Below are positions 29,630-40,267 of a stretch of 50,768 nucleotides of DNA, one piece after another (the stretch's first letter is position 1; each line of letters opens with the position of its first letter). The DNA is from Lachnoclostridium sp. UBA7122 (lineage in GTDB: Bacteria; Bacillota; Clostridia; Lachnospirales; Lachnospiraceae). Made by a program: the position numbers and the translations under genes. Location of the stretch: contig DKXQ01000261.1 in assembly GCA_002493085.1 (NCBI GenBank), positions 340-51,107 on the forward strand, read 5' to 3'. The notes under the pieces are model-generated. The model had not been told where the DNA came from. It made no database searches and was given only the letters and a program-made list of their open reading frames with translations.

Positions 29630-30403
29630 ATGGCAACAGTTATGCTAGATGCCGGACACGGAGGATATGACAATGGCGCCTCGTTTAATGGCAGAAGGGA
29701 AAAAGATGATACATTAAATCTTACACTGGCTATTGGCAATATTTTGGAAAATGCAGGTGTTAATGTGTTGTATACAAGGACTACAGATATTTACCAGAGT
29801 CCTTTGCAAAAGGCACGGATTGCTAATGAAAGTGATGCTGATTACTTTATTTCTATTCACAGAAATTCAAGTACATCGCCAGAAATGTATGCAGGTGTGC
29901 AGACACTTGTATATGAGGACAGCGGGATACCAGCAGTATTTGCAGAAAATATAAACAGGGAGCTTGAAAGAACTGGATTTAAAAATATAGGTGTAGAAGA
30001 ACGTAAGAACCTCGCAGTTTTAAGGCGCACCAGGATGCCAGCGGCACTTGTGGAAGTGGGCTTTATAAATACTGAAGGTGATAATAATATTTTTGATTTA
30101 AGATTTCCAGAGGTGGCACAGGCAATCGCACAAGGGATAATTGATACAGTAAGCGGAGCTGATATTACAGGAAGTGAAACTGGCAGTTACTGGATACAGA
30201 CAGGGGCTTTCAGACACTATGACAACGCCCAGGACCTTGCCAAAAATATGCAGTCTGATGGTTTTGACTGCCGTATAGTACCTGATGGCGGATACTATAG
30301 TGTGTATAATGGCGCATACAGCGATTATGATAGTGCAGAAGCCGCAAGTAAGACGTTATTTAACCAGGGATATGAGACAAGAATTATACAGAGAAATATA
30401 TAA
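29630..30403 (+). CDS. N-acetylmuramoyl-L-alanine amidase (Amidase_3) with C-terminal SPOR domain, CwlC-like
   Basis: LDAGHGG, E-K-D, ISIHRN, LVEVGFI; SPOR YWIQTGAF...NAQ; no signal peptide. Confidence 0.9.
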   Translation: MATVMLDAGHGGYDNGASFNGRREKDDTLNLTLAIGNILENAGVNVLYTRTTDIYQSPLQKARIANESDADYFISIHRNSSTSPEMYAGVQTLVYEDSGIPAVFAENINRELERTGFKNIGVEERKNLAVLRRTRMPAALVEVGFINTEGDNNIFDLRFPEVAQAIAQGIIDTVSGADITGSETGSYWIQTGAFRHYDNAQDLAKNMQSDGFDCRIVPDGGYYSVYNGAYSDYDSAEAASKTLFNQGYETRIIQRNI

Positions 30404-30457
30404 TTGGGAATTAATATTCACAGGCAATGTCATGATGTCTGGACCAGAAACAGATGT

Positions 30458-30518
30458 ATGAAGCCGCTGGTGTCTGGCCCTTTAGGGCTTTATGCACCAC
30501 TGCGTGCTTCATTTTTTT
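30458..30518 (+). terminator. Long interrupted hairpin plus U-tract after the amidase
   Basis: ATGAAGC/GCTTCAT, CGC/GCG, TGGTG/CACCA, GCCC-TTTA-GGGC, then T7. Confidence 0.65.
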
Positions 30519-30588
30519 GCTTTCCCACAAAATCCGGCATATTTCTGATAAATTAAAGTAAAAATATGGCAGCAGCCCTAAAAAATGC

Positions 30589-30617
30589 TTGATAAATTTT
30601 TATAAACGTTATATTAT
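30589..30617 (+). promoter_or_regulatory. Sigma-A type promoter of the dcw cluster
   Basis: TTGATA-N17-TATTAT, 34 nt before the rsmH ATG. Confidence 0.65.
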
Positions 30618-30651
30618 ATCTTTATAAGTATGTAAAAAGCAGGAGGCCGCT

Positions 30652-31587
30652 ATGGAATTTGTGCATAGACCCGTATTATTGGATGAAGTGTTAGATGGAC
30701 TGGCGGTAAAACCTGATGGAATTTATGTAGATGGCACATCAGGCGGTGCTGGCCATGGCAGGAAAATCTGTGGAATGCTTGGGAAACATGGGCGTTTTAT
30801 AGGCATGGACCAGGATGCTGATGCTGTAAGGACAAGTACAGAAAGATTAAAAGAATTTGGGAACAAGGCAAGTGTTATAAGAAGTAATTATTCAGATATG
30901 GCAGCAGTCCTTGAAAGGATGGGCATTGATAAAGCTGATGGCATACTTCTTGACTTAGGAGTGTCATCTTTCCAGCTTGACAAAGCAGAAAGGGGTTTTT
31001 CATACCGCATGGATGCGCCTCTTGATATGCGTATGGATGACAGGCAGGAACTGACTGCAGCAGATGTTGTCAATAACTATCCTGAAAACAGGCTGTTTCA
31101 TATAATTAAGAATTATGGGGAGGACAAGTTTGCGAAAAATATTGCAAAACATATTGCAACAGAGCGAAGCCAGGCCCCAATTCTTACTACAGCCAGGCTT
31201 GCAGAAATTGTAAGCCAGGCAATACCTATGAAATTTAAGAAGCAGGGCGGGCATCCTGCTAAAAGAACTTTTCAGGCAATACGTATAGAAGTAAATCATG
31301 AACTGGATATTCTCTCACAGAATATTGACGATATGATTGATATTTTAAAACCTGATGGCAGATTTTGTATAATTACATTTCATTCGCTTGAAGACAGAAT
31401 TGTAAAACACGCTTTCCGCAAAGCAGAAAACCCGTGCATATGTCCACCGGATTTTCCTGTATGTGTATGTGGAAATGTCCCAAAAGGCAAAGTGATGACC
31501 AGGAGGCCAATACTTCCAAGCGTAGAGGAGATGGAACAGAATCCACGTTCCAAAAGTGCAAAGCTGAGGATTTTTAGACATAATTAG
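30652..31587 (+). CDS. rsmH: 16S rRNA m4C1402 methyltransferase
   Basis: [53 protein letters not shown]. Confidence 0.96.
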   Translation: MEFVHRPVLLDEVLDGLAVKPDGIYVDGTSGGAGHGRKICGMLGKHGRFIGMDQDADAVRTSTERLKEFGNKASVIRSNYSDMAAVLERMGIDKADGILLDLGVSSFQLDKAERGFSYRMDAPLDMRMDDRQELTAADVVNNYPENRLFHIIKNYGEDKFAKNIAKHIATERSQAPILTTARLAEIVSQAIPMKFKKQGGHPAKRTFQAIRIEVNHELDILSQNIDDMIDILKPDGRFCIITFHSLEDRIVKHAFRKAENPCICPPDFPVCVCGNVPKGKVMTRRPILPSVEEMEQNPRSKSAKLRIFRHN

Positions 31588-31599
31588 AGGAGGAGTTAT

Positions 31600-32109
31600 A
31601 TGGCTGATGTATCAGGAAAGCGGGTAGGTGACGAATACAGACAGACTACTTATGTCAATAATGCCAATGGCATTGATGGAAATACTGCAAGACGGTTAAA
31701 TGCTGTTCCGGAGAGAAGAGAAAGGGATGCTCCAGGCCAAAGACCCCAGAAACGTCCCCAGAGACAGCCGGCGAGAATGACTGGAATCGATGGTGTCTCT
31801 TTTTTATTTATGATGTGTGCATTATGTGTTGTAGCTTTTGTTACATTTTCATATATCCATGCACAGAACAGCATACGTAGTATGAAAAAAGAAGTTGTGG
31901 CATTGCAGGCAGAAGTGGAAGAACAACAGGAAAAAAACGATACAGAGTACAATAAAATCCTTGCAGGCGTTGACCTTGCCGATATATATAAGTATGCAAC
32001 TGAAAAGCTGCATATGGTTATGGCTGACGGCAACAAGGTGTACAAATATAAGAACAAAAAAAGCGACATGGTTAAACAGTATTCGGATATTCCGGAGTCT
32101 GGAGATTAA
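31600..32109 (+). CDS. ftsL: FtsL-like cell-division protein
   Basis: Cytoplasmic N-terminus, one TM, coiled coil, ATEKLHMV; canonical position between rsmH and the bPBP. Confidence 0.7.
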   Translation: MADVSGKRVGDEYRQTTYVNNANGIDGNTARRLNAVPERRERDAPGQRPQKRPQRQPARMTGIDGVSFLFMMCALCVVAFVTFSYIHAQNSIRSMKKEVVALQAEVEEQQEKNDTEYNKILAGVDLADIYKYATEKLHMVMADGNKVYKYKNKKSDMVKQYSDIPESGD

Positions 32110-34092
32110 ATGGCAAGAAAAGTATCAGATACAAGAGGAAATGTACGTTTAGCAAAAAAGTTTATGTATGCAAGGCTTTTATTTATTTTTATTTTAGTAT
32201 TACTTGCATTTACAGCGCTTGTTGTACGTATAGTGTACCTTAATGGTAAAAAAGGCGATGCATATGAAAAAAAAGTGCTTGCACAGCAGAGTTATGTAAG
32301 CAATGTTGTGCAGTTTAAGCGTGGCGACATTACAGACAGGAATGGCAATAAACTTGCTACAAGCGTTAAGTTTTATAATCTTATACTAGATCCAAAGCTT
32401 ATACTGTCTGACGAAAAGTACATTGAACCAACGATTGAGGCACTGGGTAAGGTTTTTGGCATATCCCGCAAAAAAGTTGAAAATATACTTCAAAAAAATC
32501 CTTCAACGCATTATTATGTTATGGACAAGTTTAAACACCTTAGTTCTAAAAAGGTAGATGAACTTGAAAAACTGCAGGATTATGAAAATATAAAGGATAA
32601 AGAACAGAGAGAAAACAGCAAAAATATAAAGGGCATATGGTTTGAAGAAGAATATATAAGAAACTACCCATACTCAGAAGTTGCATGCGATGTGATAGGC
32701 TTCTGCAACTCAAATGATGACGGGGCATGGGGAATTGAAAGGCAGTATAATTCTTCACTGACTGGCTCATCAGGACGGCAGTATGGGTATTTTGATTCAG
32801 GGCTTAACCTTGTCCAGACTGTAAAACCTGCTGTTGATGGCAATACAGTGGTTTCAACTATAGATATCAACATACAGGGAATACTTGAACAGCATATTGA
32901 AAAGTTTCAAAAGAATACAGGCTCTAAGAATATAGGCTGTATTATGATGAATCCCAATAATGGAGAGATATATGCGATGGCGTCATATCCGTCATATGAC
33001 CTGAACAACCCAAGGGATTTATCAGAATTTTATTCTAAAAAGCAGCTTGCCAGGATGAGTGAAGAGAAAAAGCTTGAAAGCCTTAACTCCCTGTGGAGGA
33101 ATTACTGTATAAGTGATGCATACGAACCTGGTTCTACATTAAAACCAGTTACTGTTGCGGCAGCATTAGATGAAGGTGTCACTGCGGACGGCAGCTATTA
33201 CAACTGTGATGGTGCGCAGCAGGTCGCTGACAGGCGCATTAAGTGTGTTGCACATGCGAGGGGAGGCCATGGCTATACAAATATATGCCAGGCACTTAAA
33301 TGGTCATGTAATGATGTGCTGATGCAGCTTGGTGCGAAGCTTGGCAAGACAAGATTTCTAGAATATATCAATAATTTTGGCTTTGGCCAGAAAACAGGCA
33401 TTGACCTGCCAGGGGAAGGCACAGGTGCAATATTTAACGAGAATACTATGGGACCTGTACAGCTTGCAACATCAAGTTTCGGGCAGAGCCAGACTGTCAC
33501 TATGGTACAGATGGCAGCTGCTTTCAGTGCTGTTGTAAATGGAGGCAATTATTACCAGCCGCATGTTGTAAAAGAGATTGATACAAAATCAGGGGCTGTT
33601 GTTTCTTCAAATGATAATATGCTTGTAAGACGCATTATTACAGAGGATACAAGCAAGCTGTTAAGACAGTACCTCTATAAAACAGTTTCAGATGAAGATG
33701 GCACTGCAAAACCGGCAAGAGTTGATGGGTATAAAATAGGCGGCAAAACAGGAACTGCTGAGAAGCAGCCAAGAGGGCGGGGCAATTACCTTGTTTCATT
33801 TATAGGGTGCACACCGGCAGACAATCCTGAAGTAGTCATTTATGTAATTATAGATGAACCTAATGTAGAAGACCAGTCACATGCCAGTGTATATGCAACG
33901 CAGTTTGCAAGTGGTGTGATGAAAGATGTACTCCCATTTCTTGGAATTTACCCTGACAAGAGCAGTGCAAAAACAAAGAAAAGCAAAACTTCTAAAAATA
34001 AAATCAAACTGCCATCAACAAAAGACGGAGTCTTTATTGATGCCCCTGAAGGAGGGTTTTCAAATAAAGATTATGATATAGCAGGACAGTAG
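32110..34092 (+). CDS. Class B penicillin-binding protein (FtsI/PBP2-like)
   Basis: RGDITDRNG, RNYP, GIE; STLK, SCN, KTG. Confidence 0.92.
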   Translation: MARKVSDTRGNVRLAKKFMYARLLFIFILVLLAFTALVVRIVYLNGKKGDAYEKKVLAQQSYVSNVVQFKRGDITDRNGNKLATSVKFYNLILDPKLILSDEKYIEPTIEALGKVFGISRKKVENILQKNPSTHYYVMDKFKHLSSKKVDELEKLQDYENIKDKEQRENSKNIKGIWFEEEYIRNYPYSEVACDVIGFCNSNDDGAWGIERQYNSSLTGSSGRQYGYFDSGLNLVQTVKPAVDGNTVVSTIDINIQGILEQHIEKFQKNTGSKNIGCIMMNPNNGEIYAMASYPSYDLNNPRDLSEFYSKKQLARMSEEKKLESLNSLWRNYCISDAYEPGSTLKPVTVAAALDEGVTADGSYYNCDGAQQVADRRIKCVAHARGGHGYTNICQALKWSCNDVLMQLGAKLGKTRFLEYINNFGFGQKTGIDLPGEGTGAIFNENTMGPVQLATSSFGQSQTVTMVQMAAAFSAVVNGGNYYQPHVVKEIDTKSGAVVSSNDNMLVRRIITEDTSKLLRQYLYKTVSDEDGTAKPARVDGYKIGGKTGTAEKQPRGRGNYLVSFIGCTPADNPEVVIYVIIDEPNVEDQSHASVYATQFASGVMKDVLPFLGIYPDKSSAKTKKSKTSKNKIKLPSTKDGVFIDAPEGGFSNKDYDIAGQ

Positions 34093-34096
34093 CCAG

Positions 34097-34124
34097 GAAT
34101 ATTTTTCATAAATATTAATAAGCT
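34097..34124 (+). promoter_or_regulatory. Sigma-E-like internal promoter
   Basis: GAATATT-N13-AATAAGCT upstream of the second bPBP. Confidence 0.45.
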
Positions 34125-34154
34125 ATAGTAATAAATTTTATATGGCAGTATAAT

Positions 34155-35903
34155 ATGAAAAGTTGTAAAACAGCGCAAAGACAAAGGCTTATATTTGCTT
34201 ATACAATAGTCTGCATACTAACAGTTGCGTTATTATGCAGACTTGCTTATTTAATGTTATTTAAAGCTGATTATTATGGCTCTAAGGCAAAAGACGTACA
34301 GCAGAGGGAAAGAAGCATTAAGGCTGAAAGAGGGATAATATATGACAGGAATGGTGTAGTGCTGGCGGGTAATAAACCAGTATCTACAATATCAGTAATA
34401 CATAACCAGATTACTGAACCAGAAAAAGTCATATCTTCCCTTTCAGAAATACTTGGAATTGAGGAAGAAAAAGTACGCAAAAGGGTTGAGAAAGTTTCTT
34501 CCATAGAAAGAATAAAGTCAAATGTAGATAAGAAGACATCTGATAAGGTACGTGACCTTGGATTAGATGGCGTAATGGTAGATGAAGATTATAAAAGGTA
34601 CTACCCATATGGCAATCTTGCATCGAGGGTTATTGGCTTTACAGGTGCAGATAACCAGGGCATTATAGGGCTTGAAGTGAGCTATGATTCATATCTGCAG
34701 GGAGAAGATGGCTGCATACTTACGATGACCAATGCAAGGGGTGTCGAAATTGAAGGCAAAGCTGAGGACAGGATTGAGCCCATAGCAGGCAACAGCTTTT
34801 ATACAAGCCTTGATATAAATATACAGAAATTTGCGCAGCAGGCAGCAGAAGATGTACTAGTAGCAAAAAAAGCAAAAAGTGTAAGAATAATAATGCTAAA
34901 CCCACAAAATGGGGAAATATATGCTATGGTCAATGTTCCGGAGTTTGATTTAAACAGCCCATATGAAATAGAGGGCTCAGAAAACATGACGCAGGAAAAG
35001 CTGAATGAAGAACTTAACAAAATGTGGCGCAATGGATGTGTAAGTGACACATATGAGCCAGGCTCTACATTTAAGGTATTTACTGCAACATCAGCACTGG
35101 AAGCAGGAGTAGTAAAGGAAACTGATACATTTAGCTGTCCAGGATTTAAAGTTGTTGAAGACAGGAGGATAAGATGCCATAAGACAACCGGGCACGGTGG
35201 TGAAACATTTGTACAAGGTGTGCAGAATTCATGCAATCCCGTTTTTATGGAGACTGCTGCAAGGCTTGGCACAGATGGAATGTTTGAATATATGGATAAA
35301 CTGGGTATACTTAAAAAGACCGGGATAGATGTACCTGGTGAAGCAGCGACAATAATGCATAAAAAAGAAAATGTAGGCGCTGTTGAACTTGCAACAATGT
35401 CATTTGGACAGTCATTCCAGCTTACCCCGGTAAGGCTTCTTTCAACAGTAAGCGCTGTTATAAATGGTGGCACACTGGTAACACCACATTTTGGTGTAAG
35501 TGTTGAAAGCAGTGATAAGAGTGTTGTGAAAAAGTTAGATTATGAAAAAACAGAAGGTGCAGTTTCAAAGCAGACGTCTGACAGGATGAAACCTATACTT
35601 GAGTCAGTAGTTTCAGAAGGAGGCGGTAAAAAGGCATCTGTTGATGGATATAAAGTTGGTGGCAAAACTGGTACTTCTGAAAAACTCCCGAGAAGCAGCA
35701 ATAAATATATTGCATCATGTCTTGGATTCGCACCAGCAGAAAATCCTGTAGTGCTTGCACTTGTACTGATTGATGAGCCAGAAGGGATATATTACGGTGG
35801 GCAGATAGCAGCTCCTGTTATTTCAAAACTTCTGGATGATGCGCTTCCATATCTGGGGGTTGAAAGAAAAAGAGAAGAACCAGAGGTTACAAAACAGCCA
35901 TAG
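34155..35903 (+). CDS. spoVD: Class B penicillin-binding protein, SpoVD-like
   Basis: RGIIYDRNG, RYYP, DNQGIIGLE, STFK, NSCNP, KTG, YYGGQIAAP; second bPBP before mraY. Confidence 0.75.
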   Translation: MKSCKTAQRQRLIFAYTIVCILTVALLCRLAYLMLFKADYYGSKAKDVQQRERSIKAERGIIYDRNGVVLAGNKPVSTISVIHNQITEPEKVISSLSEILGIEEEKVRKRVEKVSSIERIKSNVDKKTSDKVRDLGLDGVMVDEDYKRYYPYGNLASRVIGFTGADNQGIIGLEVSYDSYLQGEDGCILTMTNARGVEIEGKAEDRIEPIAGNSFYTSLDINIQKFAQQAAEDVLVAKKAKSVRIIMLNPQNGEIYAMVNVPEFDLNSPYEIEGSENMTQEKLNEELNKMWRNGCVSDTYEPGSTFKVFTATSALEAGVVKETDTFSCPGFKVVEDRRIRCHKTTGHGGETFVQGVQNSCNPVFMETAARLGTDGMFEYMDKLGILKKTGIDVPGEAATIMHKKENVGAVELATMSFGQSFQLTPVRLLSTVSAVINGGTLVTPHFGVSVESSDKSVVKKLDYEKTEGAVSKQTSDRMKPILESVVSEGGGKKASVDGYKVGGKTGTSEKLPRSSNKYIASCLGFAPAENPVVLALVLIDEPEGIYYGGQIAAPVISKLLDDALPYLGVERKREEPEVTKQP

Positions 35904-35925
35904 GAAAAAACTGTGGAGGATATTT

Positions 35926-36912
35926 ATGGATTACATGAGTGTGGTAATACCTGTTCTTATGGCATTTGCCATAAGTGTAGTATTGTGTCCCATAATAATA
36001 CCTTTTCTGAAAAAAATGAAGTTTGGACAGTACGTAAGGGATGATGGTCCGCGTGAGCATCTTAAAAAAGCGGGAACACCTACAATGGGCGGGCTGGTTA
36101 TACTTGCCTGTACCACACTGGTATCACTTATATATGTAAAAGGAAACCATGAGATTCTTCCAGTTCTTTTTGCAACACTGGGCTTTGGGCTTATAGGATT
36201 CCTTGATGATTATATTAAAGTTGTACTTAAACGTTCACTTGGGCTCACACCATGGCAGAAAATTGTATTACAGGCTGTTGTGGCAGGAATTTTCGTCTAT
36301 TACTATTTAGTAAAGCTTAATTATAAACCTGAATTTTTAGTACCATTTTCAGGAGGAATAACAAACGGACTCTATATATCAATGCCGTTGCCAGTATTTG
36401 TGGTATTTGTATATTTTGTTATGCTTGGCACAGTAAATGGAACAAATTTTACAGATGGGCTGGATGGCCTTGCCTCAAGCATAACACTGTTTGTAGCAAT
36501 ATTTTTTACCATTGTAGCATATGGGATGAAAAGCGGGATTATGCCTGTTACGGCATCTGTTGCAGGTTCCCTTATGGGATTTTTACTGTATAATTTTTAT
36601 CCGGCAAGTGTATTTATGGGTGATACAGGCTCGCTTGCGCTGGGAGGGTTTGTATCTTCTGCTGCACTTATATTAAAATTGCCAATGTTTATAATTATTG
36701 CTGGTGCGGTTTATCTTATAGAAGTCCTGTCAGTGATTATACAAGTTGCTTATTTTAAGATAAGCGGTGGCAGGCGTTTTTTTAAAATGGCGCCAATACA
36801 TCATCACTTTGAGCAGTGCGGATGGAGAGAGACAAAAATAGTTTTAGTCTTTTCAATATTTACTGCCCTGATGTGCATATTTGCGCTTGCCGCTCTTTAT
36901 ATAGGAGGTTAA
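35926..36912 (+). CDS. mraY: Phospho-N-acetylmuramoyl-pentapeptide transferase
   Basis: KAGTPTMGG, DDYIK, NFTDGLDGL, FMGDTGS, MAPIHHHFE; SD GGAGG before ATG 35926. Confidence 0.96.
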   Translation: MDYMSVVIPVLMAFAISVVLCPIIIPFLKKMKFGQYVRDDGPREHLKKAGTPTMGGLVILACTTLVSLIYVKGNHEILPVLFATLGFGLIGFLDDYIKVVLKRSLGLTPWQKIVLQAVVAGIFVYYYLVKLNYKPEFLVPFSGGITNGLYISMPLPVFVVFVYFVMLGTVNGTNFTDGLDGLASSITLFVAIFFTIVAYGMKSGIMPVTASVAGSLMGFLLYNFYPASVFMGDTGSLALGGFVSSAALILKLPMFIIIAGAVYLIEVLSVIIQVAYFKISGGRRFFKMAPIHHHFEQCGWRETKIVLVFSIFTALMCIFALAALYIGG

Positions 36913-36913
36913 T

Positions 36914-38272
36914 ATGCGGTTTGACGGAAAAACATTTTTAGTTGCCGGTACAGGTAAAAGCGGTGTTGCCGCGGTTTCACTTCTTGCCAGTAAAGGAGCA
37001 GAAATAATTGTTACAGAGGGCAATGACAAGTTAAGCAGAGAAGAAGTTATGAAAAGGTTTCCTGCTAATGCAGGCTTTAAACTTGTAATTGGTGAAGCAG
37101 ACGGCAGTATGCTTGAAGGCGTTGATATTGCTGTTATAAGCCCGGGAGTGCCTGTAGATTCACCACTTGTCCTTAAACTTAAAGAAAAGAAAATACCTGT
37201 ATGGGGTGAGGTTGAACTTGCATATGTATGTGGAAAGGGAAAAGTATATGCAATAACAGGCACTAATGGCAAGACGACAACAACAGCCCTTACAGGGGAA
37301 ATAATGAAATCATATTTTAATGATGTATTTGTTGTAGGAAATATAGGCGTGCCATATACTGAATATGCAGAAGATATGAAAGACTCCTCTGTAACAGTTG
37401 CAGAGATAAGCAGCTTCCAGCTTGAAACTATCCATACATTTAAACCAGAAATTTCTGCGATACTGAATATTACACCTGACCATTTAAACAGGCATCACAC
37501 AATGGAGTGCTATGTGGATACAAAGGCAGGGATTGCAAGGAACCAGGGGCCAGCAGATATCTGTGTGCTTAACTATGAGGATGTGTATTTAAGAAATATT
37601 GCCAAAGATATAAAAGCAGATGTATTTTGGTTCAGCAGCGGGCATATATTAGAACGTGGGATATGGATGGAAGACGAGGAAATCATATATTCTGATACAG
37701 ATTCAGGGCGTATCAATATATGTAATATCCACGATATGAAGCTTCTTGGGAGGCACAATTATGAAAATGTAATGGCAGCAGTTGCCATTGCAATGCATGC
37801 AGGAGTGCCTGTGGGCTGTATAAGAAAATCTGTAAAAGAATTTAATGCAGTGGAGCACCGCATTGAATTTGTAAGAGAAGTTAATGGTGTAAAGTACTAC
37901 AATGATTCAAAGGGAACTAACCCTGATGCTGCAATAAAGGCAGTTGAAGCTATGGTACGCCCTGTAGTTTTAATAGGCGGCGGATACGATAAACAGTCAT
38001 CTTATGATGAGTGGATAGCTTCATTTAAGGATAAAGTAAAATGTCTTGTACTTTTAGGGGCTACTGCAGATAAGATAGCCGCTGCTGCTTTAAAAGCAGG
38101 ATTTAATAATATAATAAAAGTGTCTTCCATTGAAGAGGCTGTCAGGATAAGCAGCAGGCAGGCAGCTGATGGTGATGCGGTACTTTTGTCACCAGCCTGT
38201 GCAAGCTGGGATATGTTTAAAAGCTATGAGGAGAGAGGAGACATTTTTAAGAAGTATGTAAACAGCCTGTAA
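36914..38272 (+). CDS. murD: UDP-N-acetylmuramoyl-L-alanine--D-glutamate ligase
   Basis: SPGVP, ITGTNGKTTT, EISSFQLE, DHLNRH, NDSKGTN, LSPACASWD. Confidence 0.96.
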   Translation: MRFDGKTFLVAGTGKSGVAAVSLLASKGAEIIVTEGNDKLSREEVMKRFPANAGFKLVIGEADGSMLEGVDIAVISPGVPVDSPLVLKLKEKKIPVWGEVELAYVCGKGKVYAITGTNGKTTTTALTGEIMKSYFNDVFVVGNIGVPYTEYAEDMKDSSVTVAEISSFQLETIHTFKPEISAILNITPDHLNRHHTMECYVDTKAGIARNQGPADICVLNYEDVYLRNIAKDIKADVFWFSSGHILERGIWMEDEEIIYSDTDSGRINICNIHDMKLLGRHNYENVMAAVAIAMHAGVPVGCIRKSVKEFNAVEHRIEFVREVNGVKYYNDSKGTNPDAAIKAVEAMVRPVVLIGGGYDKQSSYDEWIASFKDKVKCLVLLGATADKIAAAALKAGFNNIIKVSSIEEAVRISSRQAADGDAVLLSPACASWDMFKSYEERGDIFKKYVNSL

Positions 38273-38310
38273 CGCCAGAGGCTGCAACGGAAAGGGGGGC
38301 ATAAAAATAT

Positions 38311-39453
38311 ATGCCGGTGACAGCACAACGGAAAAAAAATAAAGTAAAAACTTTTATGCAGTATGACTATATGCTGCTTTTTATGACAACGGGCATAGCC
38401 CTTTTCGGAGTTCTTATGATATACAGTGCTGGATATTACAGGGCTTCAGTCTTTGGCCAGCCATTCCGTTTTGTCAAGTCACAGCTTATGGGACTTGGCA
38501 TAGGCTTTGTACTGATGTTTGCAACTTCAAAAATTGATTACCAGATATTTTTGCAGAAGATAGGCAAAAGGTATCCTGTATCACTTTCGCATGTTGCATA
38601 TATAGTTGCCCTGGGCTTACAGATAGCAGTATTATTTATAGGTGCAGAGCACAATGGTGCTAAGAGATGGATAGAATTTGGGCCAATACAGTTCCAGCCT
38701 TCTGAGATAAGCAAAATATCTGCAATACTTTTCATTTCATATGCAGTGTATAGAAACAGAAGGGCGCTCGACAGTTTTATAGGTTTTATATGTATAATGG
38801 CATATATGATGCCGCTTATTATTCTTATAGCCAAGGAAAACTTAAGTTCTGCAATAATAATTGGCGGAATATCCATAGGCATGTGTTTTGTAGCAAGCAA
38901 TAAAAAAGGCTATTTTATATTATGCGGGATGCTGCTTGCCGGTGCCATGGCAGTTTACATAATATTTGGCGACCCTTTCAGAATGGAACGTATACAGATA
39001 TGGCTTAATGTAGAAACCCATCCTAAAGCGCTCCAGATAAAACAAGGGCTGTATGCGATTGCTTCAGGAGGCCTGCTTGGAAAGGGGCTTGGCCAGAGCA
39101 TGCAGAAACTTGGCTATATACCTGAGGCATACAATGATATGATATTTGCCGTAATATGTGAAGAACTTGGAATAGTAGGTGCAGCACTTGTAATACTTGC
39201 ATTTTTAGTACTGTTCTGGCGTATAGTTGTTATAGCCTGCCATGCACCTGATATATTTGGCACTATGCTGTGTGTAGGTGTAATGGTGCAGCTTGCAATA
39301 CAGGTGGTAATAAATGTCGCTGTAGTAACAAACTCAATACCATCAACAGGCATACCACTGCCATTTATAAGCTATGGTGGTACATCTGAAATGATTATGA
39401 TGACGGAAATGGGACTTGTGCTTGGTGTTTCACGTCAGATAACACAAAAGTGA
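38311..39453 (+). CDS. ftsW: SEDS peptidoglycan glycosyltransferase FtsW/SpoVE
   Basis: GAKRWI, FQPSEISK, PEAYNDMIFAVICEELG, GIPLPFISYGG. Confidence 0.9.
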   Translation: MPVTAQRKKNKVKTFMQYDYMLLFMTTGIALFGVLMIYSAGYYRASVFGQPFRFVKSQLMGLGIGFVLMFATSKIDYQIFLQKIGKRYPVSLSHVAYIVALGLQIAVLFIGAEHNGAKRWIEFGPIQFQPSEISKISAILFISYAVYRNRRALDSFIGFICIMAYMMPLIILIAKENLSSAIIIGGISIGMCFVASNKKGYFILCGMLLAGAMAVYIIFGDPFRMERIQIWLNVETHPKALQIKQGLYAIASGGLLGKGLGQSMQKLGYIPEAYNDMIFAVICEELGIVGAALVILAFLVLFWRIVVIACHAPDIFGTMLCVGVMVQLAIQVVINVAVVTNSIPSTGIPLPFISYGGTSEMIMMTEMGLVLGVSRQITQK

Positions 39454-39460
39454 TAAAGGA

Positions 39461-40171
39461 TTGACAATGAGGCGCTTAAAAAATATATTACTGTTTATTA
39501 TTTTCTTATTTTTAGTTATATGCGTTTTGTACTTTGCTTTCCATATAGATACTGTTAAAGTAGAGGGAACGGATATCTATACAGAGGAAGAAATAAAGAA
39601 TTCTGTATTTGCAAGGAAGTATTCTGATAATGAACTTTCATTATTACTATATAATAAAATTTTTGGAATGAACAAGCTTCCATTTGTTGAAGATATAGAT
39701 ATAAATTATGAAGACCGCAATACGGTCCTGCTTCATGTATATGATAAGACTATAAGCGGATGTATTAAATATATGGGACAGTATGTGTATTTTGATAAAG
39801 AAGGCAGGGTGCTTGAAAGCCTTCCAAGGCGGAGGCAGGATGTCCCTTTGGTATCAGGCATTAAATTTGGCAATTTTTCCATTGGCGAAAAGTTTAAAGT
39901 AGAAGATGATTCGCTGTTCGATGCTATAATGAATGTGTCACAGCTTATAAACCACTACAGAATAAATGTAAAGAGAATACATATCAATGATGGTGATATA
40001 ATGATTTATTCTGGCAATGTACAGGTCCACCTTGGAAAGAAAAAACTTTATAATGACCAGATTGCAGCATTGTCAGGCGTACTTGGTACAACAAATAAAA
40101 AGAAACTTAGTGGTATTATAGATATGGAGAATTACAATACTGGTGATAAAATTGTGCTTAAGCAAAATTAA
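39461..40171 (+). CDS. ftsQ: Cell-division protein FtsQ/DivIB-like
   Basis: Single N-terminal TM, POTRA-like VKVEGTDIYTEEEI, position before ftsZ. Confidence 0.78.
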   Translation: MTMRRLKNILLFIIFLFLVICVLYFAFHIDTVKVEGTDIYTEEEIKNSVFARKYSDNELSLLLYNKIFGMNKLPFVEDIDINYEDRNTVLLHVYDKTISGCIKYMGQYVYFDKEGRVLESLPRRRQDVPLVSGIKFGNFSIGEKFKVEDDSLFDAIMNVSQLINHYRINVKRIHINDGDIMIYSGNVQVHLGKKKLYNDQIAALSGVLGTTNKKKLSGIIDMENYNTGDKIVLKQN

Positions 40172-40192
40172 TAAAAAAGAACATACATTCTC

Positions 40193-40221
40193 TTGATTAT
40201 TCTCCAGTGAATTAGTACAAT
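40193..40221 (+). promoter_or_regulatory. Sigma-A type promoter of ftsZ
   Basis: TTGATT-N17-TACAAT. Confidence 0.7.
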
Positions 40222-40267
40222 ATAAATTAGGGGAATTTGAGATTTCATAATTGAAGGAGGAGCAACT

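Noticed and set aside
30495-30530. MraZ boxes (reverse-strand GTGG) before rsmH
   Set aside because: Only two scattered matches without 10-bp periodicity, one inside the terminator stem
35836-35925. N-terminal extensions or overlaps implied by the ORF track (mraY, LytTR 46701, MCP 27255, regulator 29547, CPBP 41508)
   Set aside because: Better SD-linked starts lie downstream; extensions are longest-ORF artefacts
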